From positions 32,885 to 96,884 of IMG/VR virus record IMGVR_UViG_3300044712_000851: 64,000 bases of DNA; one strand, 5' to 3'. This document shows, piece after piece, positions 44,219 to 54,564 of this stretch (positions are counted from its first letter, which is position 1; the number at the start of each line of letters is the position of its first letter). The notes under the pieces are model-generated. The model had not been told where the DNA came from, made no database searches, and worked only from the letters and a program-made list of their open reading frames with translations. This stretch comes from a virus. Lineage: Duplodnaviria > Heunggongvirae > Uroviricota > Caudoviricetes. The position numbers were made by a program, and so were the translations under genes.

Positions 44219-45106
44219 ATTAAGCCATCATAGAACACGTAATTAGACTTTGTCAAGTAGGGTTATTACAATTCCTCTGGAGAAACGAGGTTGTGTCTCT
44301 TTTTAGCCATCGCCCAAAAGCAGTGGTTGTGGTAGAATTTACCCGTAAATTTGGCATGGTAGTGTTCCTTAATGTATCTATCAGTCTCCGTTTCTGGGGT
44401 ATTTTCTATCACCATCATTTTGTGACACCACTGGCAGAAAGCAATCATTTTTTTGGTTCTTCAAAGTCTTTTAATACGTGGATTGCTAATAATATACCAG
44501 CAATAGTTCCGACAATAGACAAAACTATTTGGAAGATTTCAAAAGGTGTTGGACCTGGTTCATAAGAATAAGCATTCATTTCAATACTGCCACAAAAGAA
44601 ATCGCCAAAATCATTATGGCTACAAACAATATAACATAATTAAATATTTTTTTCATATTCTAATCTCTGGGAAAGTATGGGTAATAGACCACAGTTTTTA
44701 CGTTCCATTCTGTCTTTTCTTTGCAGATGATCTAAGTAACCCTGTCCGTCGACAGTTAGCATTATCATCACTCCTTACCTTTCGGTTAGAGACAACCAAC
44801 ATTTTATACAGAATTATGTTGGACAAAACGGGCTCAACGGCTGTAACGGGATGCAATCCTAAGCCTCCCCATACCTCCCCAAAAATTAGAATGTCAATGT
44901 TCTGCTGGAGGAAGGCTTTACGTGGTCTATCTTCCTGGGCTAGAAAGGAGGTGATAGCCTCACATCGCCACACCCGCGGGTAATCGCTCCCCCAGCACAA
45001 CGTTGAAAATCAAAATCGAACGAGTTGGGGGAATTATTACTTCAGACCCTCGAAAGAATCCGCTCTGCCTTATTGGTTATTCAGCAAGTTCCTCCAACTC
45101 ATAAGA

Positions 45107-45877
45107 TTATTTTATGTTAACGAACGGTAGTGCGTTACCACCCCAATAGGTCGGCATGTCGCCTTTCCATTTGGTTATTGCCAAGAACTGTAAATATTCT
45201 GGTGACAACGAACCAGAATCTTTTAATGCTTTTTGGGCATCGGCTTGTCCTTGAGCCTGAATCTTTGCAGTATCAGCTTCAAGTTGAGCCTTTTCCTTAT
45301 TCTGCTGAGCTACCTGTTTCGCTTCAATAGCATCATTGTAGTCTTTAGAAAAGTCGAAGTTAACAATATTAAAGTTATCTACAATAATATTGTAAGGCTT
45401 CATTTTAGTTGTAAGCTCTTCTTCCGCTAAATTTCTTACAGACTCCCTCTGAGTGATTAACTCTTGGGCTGTATATTTGGCGGTAATAGATTTAAACGTA
45501 TCTTGAATTGCTGGAGAAACTACCTTTGCCTGATAGTCTACTCCGATCCTTTGAAAAACGTCTGGAGCTTGAGTACCATCCAAGTGATAGTTGACTGCAA
45601 TTTTTGAATTGACAGTTTGTAAATCACTAGATGCTGCCTGAGCGTCCACTTGATCTATTTGGGTCTGGGTGTTCATTACATGAACCGATTCAATCAAAGG
45701 AATTCTGAATGCAATTCCAGGGGTTGCGACCCTATTAATAGCTCCGAAGCGGGTGATAACACCAACACTTCCAGCACTTACTATCCTAAACGGTGATAAG
45801 AACAAAAACAATATTAAAATTACTGCAATTGTTAATCCCGCTTTTAATAAACCATTATTTTCTTCCATATATCTCAC
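45107..45877 (-). CDS. SPFH/band-7 (prohibitin/HflKC-like) membrane protein
   Basis: N-terminal transmembrane helix, then GSVGVITRFGAINRVATPGIAFRIPLIESV, a band-7 pattern. Confidence 0.65.
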   Translation of the reverse strand: MRYMEENNGLLKAGLTIAVILILFLFLSPFRIVSAGSVGVITRFGAINRVATPGIAFRIPLIESVHVMNTQTQIDQVDAQAASSDLQTVNSKIAVNYHLDGTQAPDVFQRIGVDYQAKVVSPAIQDTFKSITAKYTAQELITQRESVRNLAEEELTTKMKPYNIIVDNFNIVNFDFSKDYNDAIEAKQVAQQNKEKAQLEADTAKIQAQGQADAQKALKDSGSLSPEYLQFLAITKWKGDMPTYWGGNALPFVNIK

Positions 45878-45953
45878 CCTCTTTCTTTTACACTTATCAT
45901 TTTAATAAGCTATTAAGTTGGGAAACCTGTCCAGTTCCCCAACCTATAGATCA

Positions 45954-46769
45954 TTACGGATCAACCGTTAAACTAAACGGTCCTGTGCATCCTTGATCAT
46001 AACCTGCTACCTTAGCCCAAATATTGCCCGTAGGTGTGTGGTGTAAAGTTACACTTTCACCTGTGACAATAGTGTTCCAAAGCAACTGATTTTCTGCTGG
46101 TCCATACCACAAGACATATGTGTGTAGTCCATCCTTAACAGTTGTCCACTGAAAAGTTGGGTCTCCATTAACATCTCGTCCGTGATAAGTAAGTGTTGGT
46201 GCCCAAGTAGGTGCATCACACTTTGGTCCCTCAGGAGCTCCGACAACTAAGTTAACAGGTTGAGGTGTTGGATCAACTGGTGTTGGACTTGGTGTAGGAG
46301 TACTTTCGTTACATTCTTTTTCGCACTCATCTACTGGTGTACTCGTTGGAGTAGGAGTAGCTGTTGGTGTAAAAGTTGGTGTAGCAGAAGGACTCGCAGT
46401 TGGAGTACTTGTTGCTACAGGTGTAGCGGTTGGACTGGCTGTCGGGGTAGGGCTACTTATTTGATTACAATTATTAAAATTGAAAATTAAATAATTTCCT
46501 TGTCCATCATAATTTACATTGTTATATGTAAAAGGTGCCCAAACATCTCCGTTGTGATGGCCATGACCATCTAAACCGTTTGCATCGTTAACTGAATGAA
46601 CCGAAACATTTATCTTGCTGTAGTTTCCAGATTGTCCATCTTTATGGCAAACTGTAACATTAACGGATTGAGGAGGTGTATTGGGATGAGCCAAGACAAT
46701 GTTTTTTCCTCCAAAATATAAAGCCAAAACAACTAATATTACACTGACTGAAATTAAAAGTTTTTTCAT
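45954..46769 (-). CDS. secreted protein with a Pro/Thr-rich linker
   Basis: Signal peptide, then PTPTASPTATPVATSTPT... linker. Confidence 0.5.
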   Translation of the reverse strand: MKKLLISVSVILVVLALYFGGKNIVLAHPNTPPQSVNVTVCHKDGQSGNYSKINVSVHSVNDANGLDGHGHHNGDVWAPFTYNNVNYDGQGNYLIFNFNNCNQISSPTPTASPTATPVATSTPTASPSATPTFTPTATPTPTSTPVDECEKECNESTPTPSPTPVDPTPQPVNLVVGAPEGPKCDAPTWAPTLTYHGRDVNGDPTFQWTTVKDGLHTYVLWYGPAENQLLWNTIVTGESVTLHHTPTGNIWAKVAGYDQGCTGPFSLTVDP

Positions 46770-46784
46770 CTTATAATCACCTCC

Positions 46785-47060
46785 CTATTGAATCTTGCCA
46801 TCAATAACACAGACAGATTCGCCAATTTGTTTAATACCACCATCTCCAGTATAAGTATCTAAATATTTATACACGTACTTATTATCTTCTGTCTGATAAA
46901 TTAAACCATCATGGTCACCAGTAATAATCTGTTTAATTTTTACTTGAGGACATGGAGTTGGAGAAGGGGAAGGAGGGGTGTGGGCGGCAGCTGTACCAAC
47001 TAATGCAAAAAAAGCCACAATAATTAATATCACTAAAAAGATTGGTCCCGCTTCATCCAT
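46785..47060 (-). CDS. small membrane-anchored protein
   Basis: Transmembrane helix then PSPSPTP linker. Confidence 0.4.
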   Translation of the reverse strand: MDEAGPIFLVILIIVAFFALVGTAAAHTPPSPSPTPCPQVKIKQIITGDHDGLIYQTEDNKYVYKYLDTYTGDGGIKQIGESVCVIDGKIQ

Positions 47061-47349
47061 ATCTGAAATATTACTTTATATTTGAGCCTTTGTCAAGGGT
47101 CGTTTTAGTCTTGAGATCGCCATTCTTTTATCTTGGCTATGGCGTCTTCATATGTTGGCACGTAGGCAATTTGATCAATAACGTTTTCTCTGTTGTAGGT
47201 TCTATAAGCACACCACTGATTCGCCCTTTTGACGAATTTGACTCCAGTAGCGACTGGCAATGTACCTTTTTCTTTTGGTGCTGGCATATTGATTTTAAAT
47301 CAACAGGCTGAAGAGTCGGACAGGTAACTCTCCAACCTGTTAATTAGTG

Positions 47350-47670
47350 TTACGGAAAGGTTGATTGAGGTTTTTCTCCCCACCATCCCTCACCAGAACA
47401 GTTTTTACCTTTGTATGAGTGATAAGGCGTTCCTTTTTTAGTAACCCTATCCATAGGCATCTTGTGAAGGACACACATTGGTGTATCCACTCCCGCTCCT
47501 ATATTATTCATAGCATTACTCCCTGCCTTTTGTCCAGGCAAAGAAGAGCTAGTAGGGGTTGATACCGTTGGTCTTGAGTTAACAAAAAGGTCTTTGAGAC
47601 TTGGACAAATGTTTCCTCTTTCGTGCATTGCACCACAGAATTGACATTCGTATTGTGTTGATTCTCCCAT
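47350..47670 (-). CDS. zinc-finger protein
   Basis: CQFCGAMHERGNICP. Confidence 0.4.
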   Translation of the reverse strand: MGESTQYECQFCGAMHERGNICPSLKDLFVNSRPTVSTPTSSSLPGQKAGSNAMNNIGAGVDTPMCVLHKMPMDRVTKKGTPYHSYKGKNCSGEGWWGEKPQSTFP

Positions 47671-48350
47671 TATTTTCCTTTATATACTATTTTATCAACA
47701 ATCTCGACTTCTTTATCCCAAGCTCCCAAAACATAATACCATCTACCGAATGGAGAACAGCCCAATAAAATTGGATCTTTCTTGGTTTCATCGGCATCTA
47801 TAATAAGTTTGTACTCTGGTTCGTCATCTCTGACTTTTTGCCAAGCAGTTGCAAACTTTTCCATCTCCGCCAAAGCTTCTCCTGGTAAAGTACGGTAATA
47901 TCCTTGAACATTTACCATTCTAAGCTGATACTTCTTTAAAAGTTTTGCTATTAGTTTTGGTGTTGAGAGAGCCCAACCAAACTTATCTTTGTGTTTGAGA
48001 TATTTCTTTCTAGCCTTTAAGAACTCTAATGCCACATATTCATCACTTGATGGGTTGTTAGCATCTATTCCTGTAGCTTTTTTGAGCATTCTCATTCTGG
48101 TTTTGACAACAGCAATTTGACCATCTAGCTCTTCCAAATCCATAACTGGTTCTTCACTCAGTATTTCATTGTAAACACTAACTGGCTTAACTACTTTCCT
48201 TTTATCTTTTTGAGGTTCTTCTCCTACTGCCATGGGTCTAACCATGTCATTACCGAAGTCTCCTAAAAGAGGATTCAAATCCCAACCAGATCTGTAAAGA
48301 TATCGGTCTCGGTTTTTGTTTCTACTGAAAAGTTTCTTTAGTATATTCAT
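47670..48350 (-). CDS. hypothetical protein
   Basis: 226-aa ORF. Confidence 0.45.
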   Translation of the reverse strand: MNILKKLFSRNKNRDRYLYRSGWDLNPLLGDFGNDMVRPMAVGEEPQKDKRKVVKPVSVYNEILSEEPVMDLEELDGQIAVVKTRMRMLKKATGIDANNPSSDEYVALEFLKARKKYLKHKDKFGWALSTPKLIAKLLKKYQLRMVNVQGYYRTLPGEALAEMEKFATAWQKVRDDEPEYKLIIDADETKKDPILLGCSPFGRWYYVLGAWDKEVEIVDKIVYKGK

Positions 48351-49144
48351 TACTTTTCACCTCCAGTCTTATCCACGATTTGAAGAGTGTCTGGAAAGAC
48401 ATCTATTTTAGGCGGGTCAGGAATCTTCCCACCGTGCATCTTTAGATAAAGATCATATATCTTTTGGAAATCTTCAAAATTAACCTCTGATTCTTTAACT
48501 TCTACAAATTCAAACCACTCCTTATTCTTCGTACCCACACGCAAGACCCCAACATGATCAACTTTTTGATGATACATTTCCTCATAGGCTTTTTTGTAAG
48601 CCATGACTTGAAGTTTATAATTAAAGTAGACACCAGCGCTTGTTTTGAAATCTATAATCCAAAATTCATGAGGTTTTTTAAACTCGAACTTTCTATCGTC
48701 AGTAAGACATTTAGCAACACCCTCAGAGTTTAACCACCCGCCGAAATCTAGAGTACCAGCAAATTTCATCGAGACTGAGGCAATGGCATGTTCGGCAACA
48801 TAGTCCATTGGTTGAACATCATGAAACCAGTTATGGAAAGACATAACCATTTTCTTTTCTCGGGTATTTTTAAATTCTTCGTTGAGAGAAACCTTTTCTC
48901 CTTGGAGTAATCTAGCGATCGCGTCATGTACATGGGAACCCGTAGCTAAGGCCTGTTCGCTCTTACGCTGGATTTCCTCCGCAGAGTTCTTGATGTAGTA
49001 TTGTTTTAATTGATAGGCAACAGGAGCAGCCTCTTCGAGGATAGTTGTAACACCAGGATAATATTCCCCATTAACCCAATAGTAATGAGAATCGTCAACC
49101 TGTTTTTTGACAATGTCGGGCAGTAATATTTTTACCACTTTCAC
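48350..49144 (-). CDS. PD-(D/E)xK family nuclease (phage exonuclease/Cas4-RecB-like)
   Basis: IIDFKTS (D-x-K) and QVMAYKK (Q..Y) motifs. Confidence 0.5.
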   Translation of the reverse strand: MKVVKILLPDIVKKQVDDSHYYWVNGEYYPGVTTILEEAAPVAYQLKQYYIKNSAEEIQRKSEQALATGSHVHDAIARLLQGEKVSLNEEFKNTREKKMVMSFHNWFHDVQPMDYVAEHAIASVSMKFAGTLDFGGWLNSEGVAKCLTDDRKFEFKKPHEFWIIDFKTSAGVYFNYKLQVMAYKKAYEEMYHQKVDHVGVLRVGTKNKEWFEFVEVKESEVNFEDFQKIYDLYLKMHGGKIPDPPKIDVFPDTLQIVDKTGGEK

Positions 49145-49161
49145 CTAGTAAAACTTTAAAA

Positions 49162-49968
49162 TTAAACCCTTAAGCTCCCAATCCATCTGAAGAAGGATTG
49201 TATAAACCCAGGCATTTTAATTCTTTCTTTAATAAGATCTTTCATTTGTCCAACTGTTATTTCTTCTTTTGCCTCGTTCATTTTCTTCCCCAAATCTTTT
49301 ACTTTGATTTTGTCCATCTGAACATCAGACAGATTCAAGGCTTTCTTAACAAAGTGAATTTGGTCTTCGAAGTTTTCTCTTATCTGTACCTTATCAACGG
49401 TCTGAAAGGCATTGGGCTGGGCAATTATTGCTGGAAGCATTGAAGTTTTTCCATTCTCTAAACATTCTAAAGCACAATCTTCACAATGATATTCACTGTG
49501 TTGTATACAGTCTCCATCAGACTCAAAGAAATCTTTATTCTTATAAGTTGCTGTTACTGAACTTCTTGGAAAATCTTCTAATTGCATATGTATTTGTTTC
49601 TTTTTTTTCTCTTTTTCTAATCTAATTTTCTTTTGTTCTTTTGTCTCAACACTTCGGTATGGAAACGCATCGGGATAAGTTTGCATTGCGTATGCCATTT
49701 TCCATTTTGCGTCCTGAGATTGTTGTAAAAGACTTGCTTGATAAGCAGACATCTGCTGTTGCTGAGCAAGATCTCTTAACAACCTCTCCCTATCCATCTG
49801 TGCCTGTAATGCTGTTTTCTGTTGACCACAAGCATATTGATGATTATCTCTATCTTGTGAGCAGTGAAAGAGCATTCCACAACTCTGGCAGTGGTAAAGT
49901 GTTGGATAATATCCAGACGCTCCCATTCCACCCGCCCCACCTAAAAAATCACTGTTTATAGCTGTCAT
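49162..49968 (-). CDS. hypothetical protein with a Cys/His cluster and a Gln-rich coiled coil
   Basis: HCQSCGMLFHC...HQYAC. Confidence 0.45.
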   Translation of the reverse strand: MTAINSDFLGGAGGMGASGYYPTLYHCQSCGMLFHCSQDRDNHQYACGQQKTALQAQMDRERLLRDLAQQQQMSAYQASLLQQSQDAKWKMAYAMQTYPDAFPYRSVETKEQKKIRLEKEKKKKQIHMQLEDFPRSSVTATYKNKDFFESDGDCIQHSEYHCEDCALECLENGKTSMLPAIIAQPNAFQTVDKVQIRENFEDQIHFVKKALNLSDVQMDKIKVKDLGKKMNEAKEEITVGQMKDLIKERIKMPGFIQSFFRWIGSLRV

Positions 49969-49981
49969 TCATCTCTACCAT

Positions 49982-50407
49982 TTATTGTTTCACCTGTTGT
50001 AATAACTTAACCGATTCTTGCAATGCGTAATACTCAGGATTCAATAGGTGTGGTAAAGAATTAACTACATCTTGAAATCCATTAATAACTAAATATGAAA
50101 CTACAACAAATCCAACCAATAAAACAACTGTTTTGTCGAGAGAATCAAATTTCTTATTTTTGACTACTATATTGCGGAAGAATTTATAGGTAAGACCAGA
50201 AGCAACCAACATTCCAATACCGACTAATAATTGTTGAAGACCTATGATAAGCTGTTGTCTTGTGAGTATTATCCACAGGTGCTGTAGAAGTAATCCAGCA
50301 CCAGCAGCGATAGACGTAATTGCAGAGGATAACTTGTCGATAACGTCTTGCATGAAAGCGGAAAAGCTTCCGCCCGCACTTGCCAAACTGTTCATTGCAC
50401 TTTGCAT
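49982..50407 (-). CDS. membrane protein
   Basis: Three or more hydrophobic helices. Confidence 0.45.
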   Translation of the reverse strand: MQSAMNSLASAGGSFSAFMQDVIDKLSSAITSIAAGAGLLLQHLWIILTRQQLIIGLQQLLVGIGMLVASGLTYKFFRNIVVKNKKFDSLDKTVVLLVGFVVVSYLVINGFQDVVNSLPHLLNPEYYALQESVKLLQQVKQ

Positions 50408-50513
50408 ATCTGTAACAACTATAAACTATTCTTTTTTATTTGTCAAGTCGAGTTTTCGTGGTCAAAAAGATACTTGACATTACTAGAGACATATGGTGTA
50501 TAGTTAAAACACG

Positions 50514-51206
50514 ATGTCAGATACTGCTCTTATCTTACAACCAAAAATAGTAACTTCCTTTTCGGAATCTTCTTTCATCGGGTCTCTTGATGCAATAGAG
50601 AATTTCTTCGAAACTATTGAGGGTACAGTATCAAATTTATCTGATGAACAACTCCTAAATTTATTCGGATTAGTCGACGAACTTGGCACTAGATCTTGGT
50701 CTACAAGAGCGTTGGTACTGGAAGAAATTGAAAATCGAACAAAGAAACTTCTTAATAAAGACAGTCTATCCAAAGCAGAATTTGGAGAACATGTTGCAAA
50801 GGTTGTGAACATTGCAAAGTCGACCGCCTATGAAGATATACATATTCTAAAGTCAGTCCGAGCGAGTGGACTGAAACCCAGACTGGATAGAACGTTTTAC
50901 AAAATAGCCCTTGGTGCTCCAAACTTTAAAGAGGCAGTTGAACACGCTGAGGAAGAATATGATTCCCTTGGTGGAAAATATAGCACTCGGGAATTTGAAC
51001 ATTGGGTCGGTGTTCAGAAAGGGACAATAGTAGAAGCGGAAATTCCAACCGAGGAAACTGTAGGCATAGAGGTTACAAGAGAGGAACTTCTCACCTTAAT
51101 AAGTGCCTTTGTTTTTTATCTTAAGAACAATCCAAACACTGGAACCGATACCGCTGCAAACCTGCACAAAAAATTAACAAATAGAATCAAACAGTTTAAA
51201 GAATAA
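50514..51206 (+). CDS. hypothetical protein (first gene of the replication module)
   Basis: 230-aa ORF on the plus strand after the strand switch. Confidence 0.5.
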   Translation: MSDTALILQPKIVTSFSESSFIGSLDAIENFFETIEGTVSNLSDEQLLNLFGLVDELGTRSWSTRALVLEEIENRTKKLLNKDSLSKAEFGEHVAKVVNIAKSTAYEDIHILKSVRASGLKPRLDRTFYKIALGAPNFKEAVEHAEEEYDSLGGKYSTREFEHWVGVQKGTIVEAEIPTEETVGIEVTREELLTLISAFVFYLKNNPNTGTDTAANLHKKLTNRIKQFKE

Positions 51207-51237
51207 TTTTTAGGGGACAAGCGGGTTGTATAAGTTT

Positions 51238-52179
51238 ATGGTCAATAGACAATTTTCTTATTCTGTAATAAATCATGTCGCTCGTAAAAAACTCAAGCTG
51301 AGTATGAACGAGTATGTCGTCGCGGACTGTATCTATCATCTCCAAAATAATAAAAAACATTCAGGTTGGTGCTTCTCTTCACGCAATTGGATGGCAACAC
51401 AACTCGGAATTACTAAGGCAAATATAGTCAACATAATAGACAGGTTAATCATTAAACAGATTATTGAAAAAGATGATTCCACTAAGTATTTAAGAACTAT
51501 GGGTCTGTGGTTTGACGTTGTAATTGCTCCAACAGAGACCGAAGAAATACCAAAACAAATCGGTATCGAATCAATACCGACGGTATCGAATCAATACCGC
51601 ATCGGTATCGAAACAATACCGCCATCTGATAGTAATAATATAAATATTAATAATAAATTATTAGACAATGAAAAGACAAAGTTGCCTATGTATATAAATA
51701 TGTGGAAAGAAATAAATCCTATGGGATATAGTAAGTTTTTTGCGATTCCTGTACAACGAAAAGCAACCGAGGAGTTAGTCAAAACTTTAGGGGCTGAGGA
51801 GTATACATCAGTTCTTGCTAAAATTAAGGAAACCAACAAACAGCAGTTTGCCCCACAGATATATTCTCCTTATGTCTTACAGATTAAATATCAACAATGG
51901 AAAGACTTTGTCGATAAGTCTGAGACCCCTGCTCCTAAAGAGCGTATGCCTGACGGTGAATGGTATGACCAAGAAAGTAAAGTCCATGAGTTTTGGGAAG
52001 GTGGAAAGCTAATTAAAGAATGCAAGACTGAGGAAGAGTACCGTGAATATCTCAAGAGTCGAGGTGTCAATGTTGTTGAAGTTCCAGAAATACCAGCAGA
52101 ACAGGCATATCATCCACCTACGGATGAAGAGATTCAGGAACAAATAAAGAAAGGAGAACGCAAGAAATGGGACTTTTAG
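51238..52179 (+). CDS. replisome organiser/replication initiator-like protein with internal origin iterons
   Basis: N-terminal winged-helix-like region; three tandem palindromic 20–22-bp repeats inside the gene; directly upstream of the primase-helicase. Confidence 0.45.
   Translation: MVNRQFSYSVINHVARKKLKLSMNEYVVADCIYHLQNNKKHSGWCFSSRNWMATQLGITKANIVNIIDRLIIKQIIEKDDSTKYLRTMGLWFDVVIAPTETEEIPKQIGIESIPTVSNQYRIGIETIPPSDSNNININNKLLDNEKTKLPMYINMWKEINPMGYSKFFAIPVQRKATEELVKTLGAEEYTSVLAKIKETNKQQFAPQIYSPYVLQIKYQQWKDFVDKSETPAPKERMPDGEWYDQESKVHEFWEGGKLIKECKTEEEYREYLKSRGVNVVEVPEIPAEQAYHPPTDEEIQEQIKKGERKKWDF
51561..51622 (+). repeat. three tandem iterons CGGTATCGAA(T/A)CAATACCG (candidate origin)
   Basis: Copies at 51561, 51581, 51603; each holds the inverted repeat CGGTAT...ATACCG. 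Confidence 0.6.
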
Positions 52180-53879
52180 ATAGAGCTCGGGGATATGTTG
52201 CAAAGGGTTTCTCGGTAATACCGATCAAGTCTCACGACAAAAAACCTGCAATTAATTCTTGGGAGAAATACCAGAAGCAACACGCTACGGATGAGGAACT
52301 TGTTTCATGGTTTACCAACGATGACTTAAACATTGCCTTAATAACTGGGGAGATATCTGGGGTTGATGTTGTTGATGTAGATTCTTACAAAGGGAAGGAA
52401 GCTGGAATAGTAATCAGTTCACCGCTTAGGGTTAACACGCCACGAGGAGGAAAACATTATTATTTCAAACATGTCGAAGGTGTCAAGCCTGGTGTTAATT
52501 CCGAAATGGGCGTGGATTTACGGGGTGATGGATCTTATGTTCTTTTGCCTCCATCAAAAGGACCTAATAATGTTGAGTATGCTTGGGAAAAAGACGGCGA
52601 GATAAATCTAGCTACCTTGCCACCAATACCCGCCGATATTGTAAACAAAATTAAAAAAACTGAAGAGGTATCTCAGGGTTTTAACCTTGCTGATGCTATT
52701 GATGTTTCTCAGGGATCTCGTAATGATACACTGCACAAAGCTGCCGTATCCCTGCTTAGAAAAAACCCACGCGATATTGCTTGGGGTTTAGTGTTGAGAC
52801 TTAATGACACATTTCAACCACCATTAAGTGAAAGAGAAGTACAAACTTTATTCAGGTCTGCTGAAACATTTATCAGTCGCAATCCTCCAATCACTCAAAA
52901 TTCAAACAAGGTTAATGAAGCCGAAGAGAATCCAGGATGGCGTGAACCAACATTGGCAGAGGATTTGGAGATGGTTAAGAAATATATCAGGGAAGGTAAA
53001 CAAGCGGGTTATCCGACTGGGTATCCAGAGATGGACGCTATCACTAACGGACTTTTACCTGGGCAATCTTACTTAGTGTTTGGTGATACCAATACAGGAA
53101 AATCTTTATTTGTATTGAACATCTTGGTTTATCTTGCCAAGAATGATATCAAATGTCTCTACTTTGATTTGGAAAACTCTATAACCATGACCACCGAAAG
53201 AGAAGTTCTCATTCTTGAAGACGGAAGGCTGAATAAACAAACTTGGGATTTGGCTGTACGAGAAAGAAAAGCGGATGAATTTATTGACAGACTAGAAAAT
53301 TATCCTCTTAGGGTTTATGACATTACAAAAATGGATGCTCGATTTGGACAGATAACTTATCCCGCAGTTGAGACTGTCATGAAAGAAGCTGTGGCAAAAG
53401 GTGTCCAAGTTATAGCCATAGACCACTTGCACTACTTTGACCCAAGCCAACAGGACTTTAACTACCTAGCAAATATCAGTCGAAAGATTAATGACTTCTG
53501 TGCCAAGTATGGAGTGGTCGTAATAGTTGTTGCCCACACCAAAAAAGGTTTAATGAAAGTCAAAAACGATAAGATTAAAACTGAACGACCAACTTTGGAT
53601 TCGGTTGCTGGGTCTGGTTTAATAAGCAAACACACTAAAAATGTCATTGGTTTGAGGAGAAACTATGCTTCTTCTTCGGAAGATGACCAACGCCAAACTT
53701 GGGTATATGTAGACAAGACTAAGTCTGGACCCTCTGGACAGTTCCAACTAGAATTTGACCCCTCCTGCCTAAGGTTTAGGGGTAGTAATTATGCCTATAA
53801 TCCAATGGAAGTTTTCAAAACTGTGGAGACTGCAACCAAGACAGAAACGGAGCTTGACAAAATTGAGGATATAATGTAG
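52167..53879 (+). CDS. bifunctional primase-polymerase (Prim-Pol) with a DnaB/RecA-like helicase domain
   Basis: N-terminal Prim-Pol-like FSVIPIKSHDKKP...VDVD; Walker A SYLVFGDTNTGKS and Walker B VIAIDHLH. Confidence 0.7.
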   Translation: MGLLDRARGYVAKGFSVIPIKSHDKKPAINSWEKYQKQHATDEELVSWFTNDDLNIALITGEISGVDVVDVDSYKGKEAGIVISSPLRVNTPRGGKHYYFKHVEGVKPGVNSEMGVDLRGDGSYVLLPPSKGPNNVEYAWEKDGEINLATLPPIPADIVNKIKKTEEVSQGFNLADAIDVSQGSRNDTLHKAAVSLLRKNPRDIAWGLVLRLNDTFQPPLSEREVQTLFRSAETFISRNPPITQNSNKVNEAEENPGWREPTLAEDLEMVKKYIREGKQAGYPTGYPEMDAITNGLLPGQSYLVFGDTNTGKSLFVLNILVYLAKNDIKCLYFDLENSITMTTEREVLILEDGRLNKQTWDLAVRERKADEFIDRLENYPLRVYDITKMDARFGQITYPAVETVMKEAVAKGVQVIAIDHLHYFDPSQQDFNYLANISRKINDFCAKYGVVVIVVAHTKKGLMKVKNDKIKTERPTLDSVAGSGLISKHTKNVIGLRRNYASSSEDDQRQTWVYVDKTKSGPSGQFQLEFDPSCLRFRGSNYAYNPMEVFKTVETATKTETELDKIEDIM

Positions 53880-53893
53880 ATTTATATCTATAG

Positions 53894-54199
53894 GTGAATA
53901 TGGCAGAGAATTACGATCAGGTACGAAAAGAATTTTCAGATATAGTTTTTAATAAAGCCACACTGCTCAATGGGGAAGAGAATCATGTAATCGATGACCT
54001 AATGATCAGGATGGAAGATTTGATGTGGGACGGAGTAGCACGATGGGCTAAAAAAGCTTTCAAGAACAATTGGGTACAAAAAGGTGAGTGGAAAGATGAA
54101 GAAGATTTAACATCCAGTATTGTCACTCACATCCTCACTTATTGGAACGAGGAGATGACGGCGGATATTGATATACCTACACTGTTACAGAGGCTTTAA
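53894..54199 (+). CDS. hypothetical protein
   Basis: 101-aa ORF. Confidence 0.4.
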   Translation: MNMAENYDQVRKEFSDIVFNKATLLNGEENHVIDDLMIRMEDLMWDGVARWAKKAFKNNWVQKGEWKDEEDLTSSIVTHILTYWNEEMTADIDIPTLLQRL

Positions 54200-54315
54200 A
54201 ATCGATTTGGTGGGGTCTGTGTGCGTTTTACAAGCGGGTATGGATGTGATAAAATGAATCTCGTATTTTTAAGGATTGGTTGGAAACACCTCGGACACCT
54301 CAATGATGTCCCCGT

Positions 54316-54564
54316 TTGTCCCGCCAACCAGTCCTTAAGTATATGAGTTACAGTTCAGAAGGGGACAAGTGGATACAGACTTGCAGACGATTCTTTGCTT
54401 TGTCTAATGAGTTGGGTTACAACTCAAACAAAATAAAAGAACATGCCAAGCGTTTTTGGGGTGAGTTCGAGTCATTTCGCAATCTTTCCACCGTCCAACT
54501 TAAATTGTTAATTGAAAAGATGGAGGAAAGAATCAATGGCAAAAGCACCACCATACGAGGGTAA
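54316..54564 (+). CDS. hypothetical protein
   Basis: 82-aa ORF. Confidence 0.35.
   Translation: MSRQPVLKYMSYSSEGDKWIQTCRRFFALSNELGYNSNKIKEHAKRFWGEFESFRNLSTVQLKLLIEKMEERINGKSTTIRG

Noticed and set aside
33250-44235. tRNA fragments as integrase attachment-site remnants
   Set aside because: No integrase or recombinase gene in the window; the fragments have matching 5' exons in co-linear order, which fits interruption rather than att duplication
51561-51622. Possible CRISPR array
   Set aside because: Only three directly adjacent repeats with no spacers, inside a CDS; iterons rather than CRISPR
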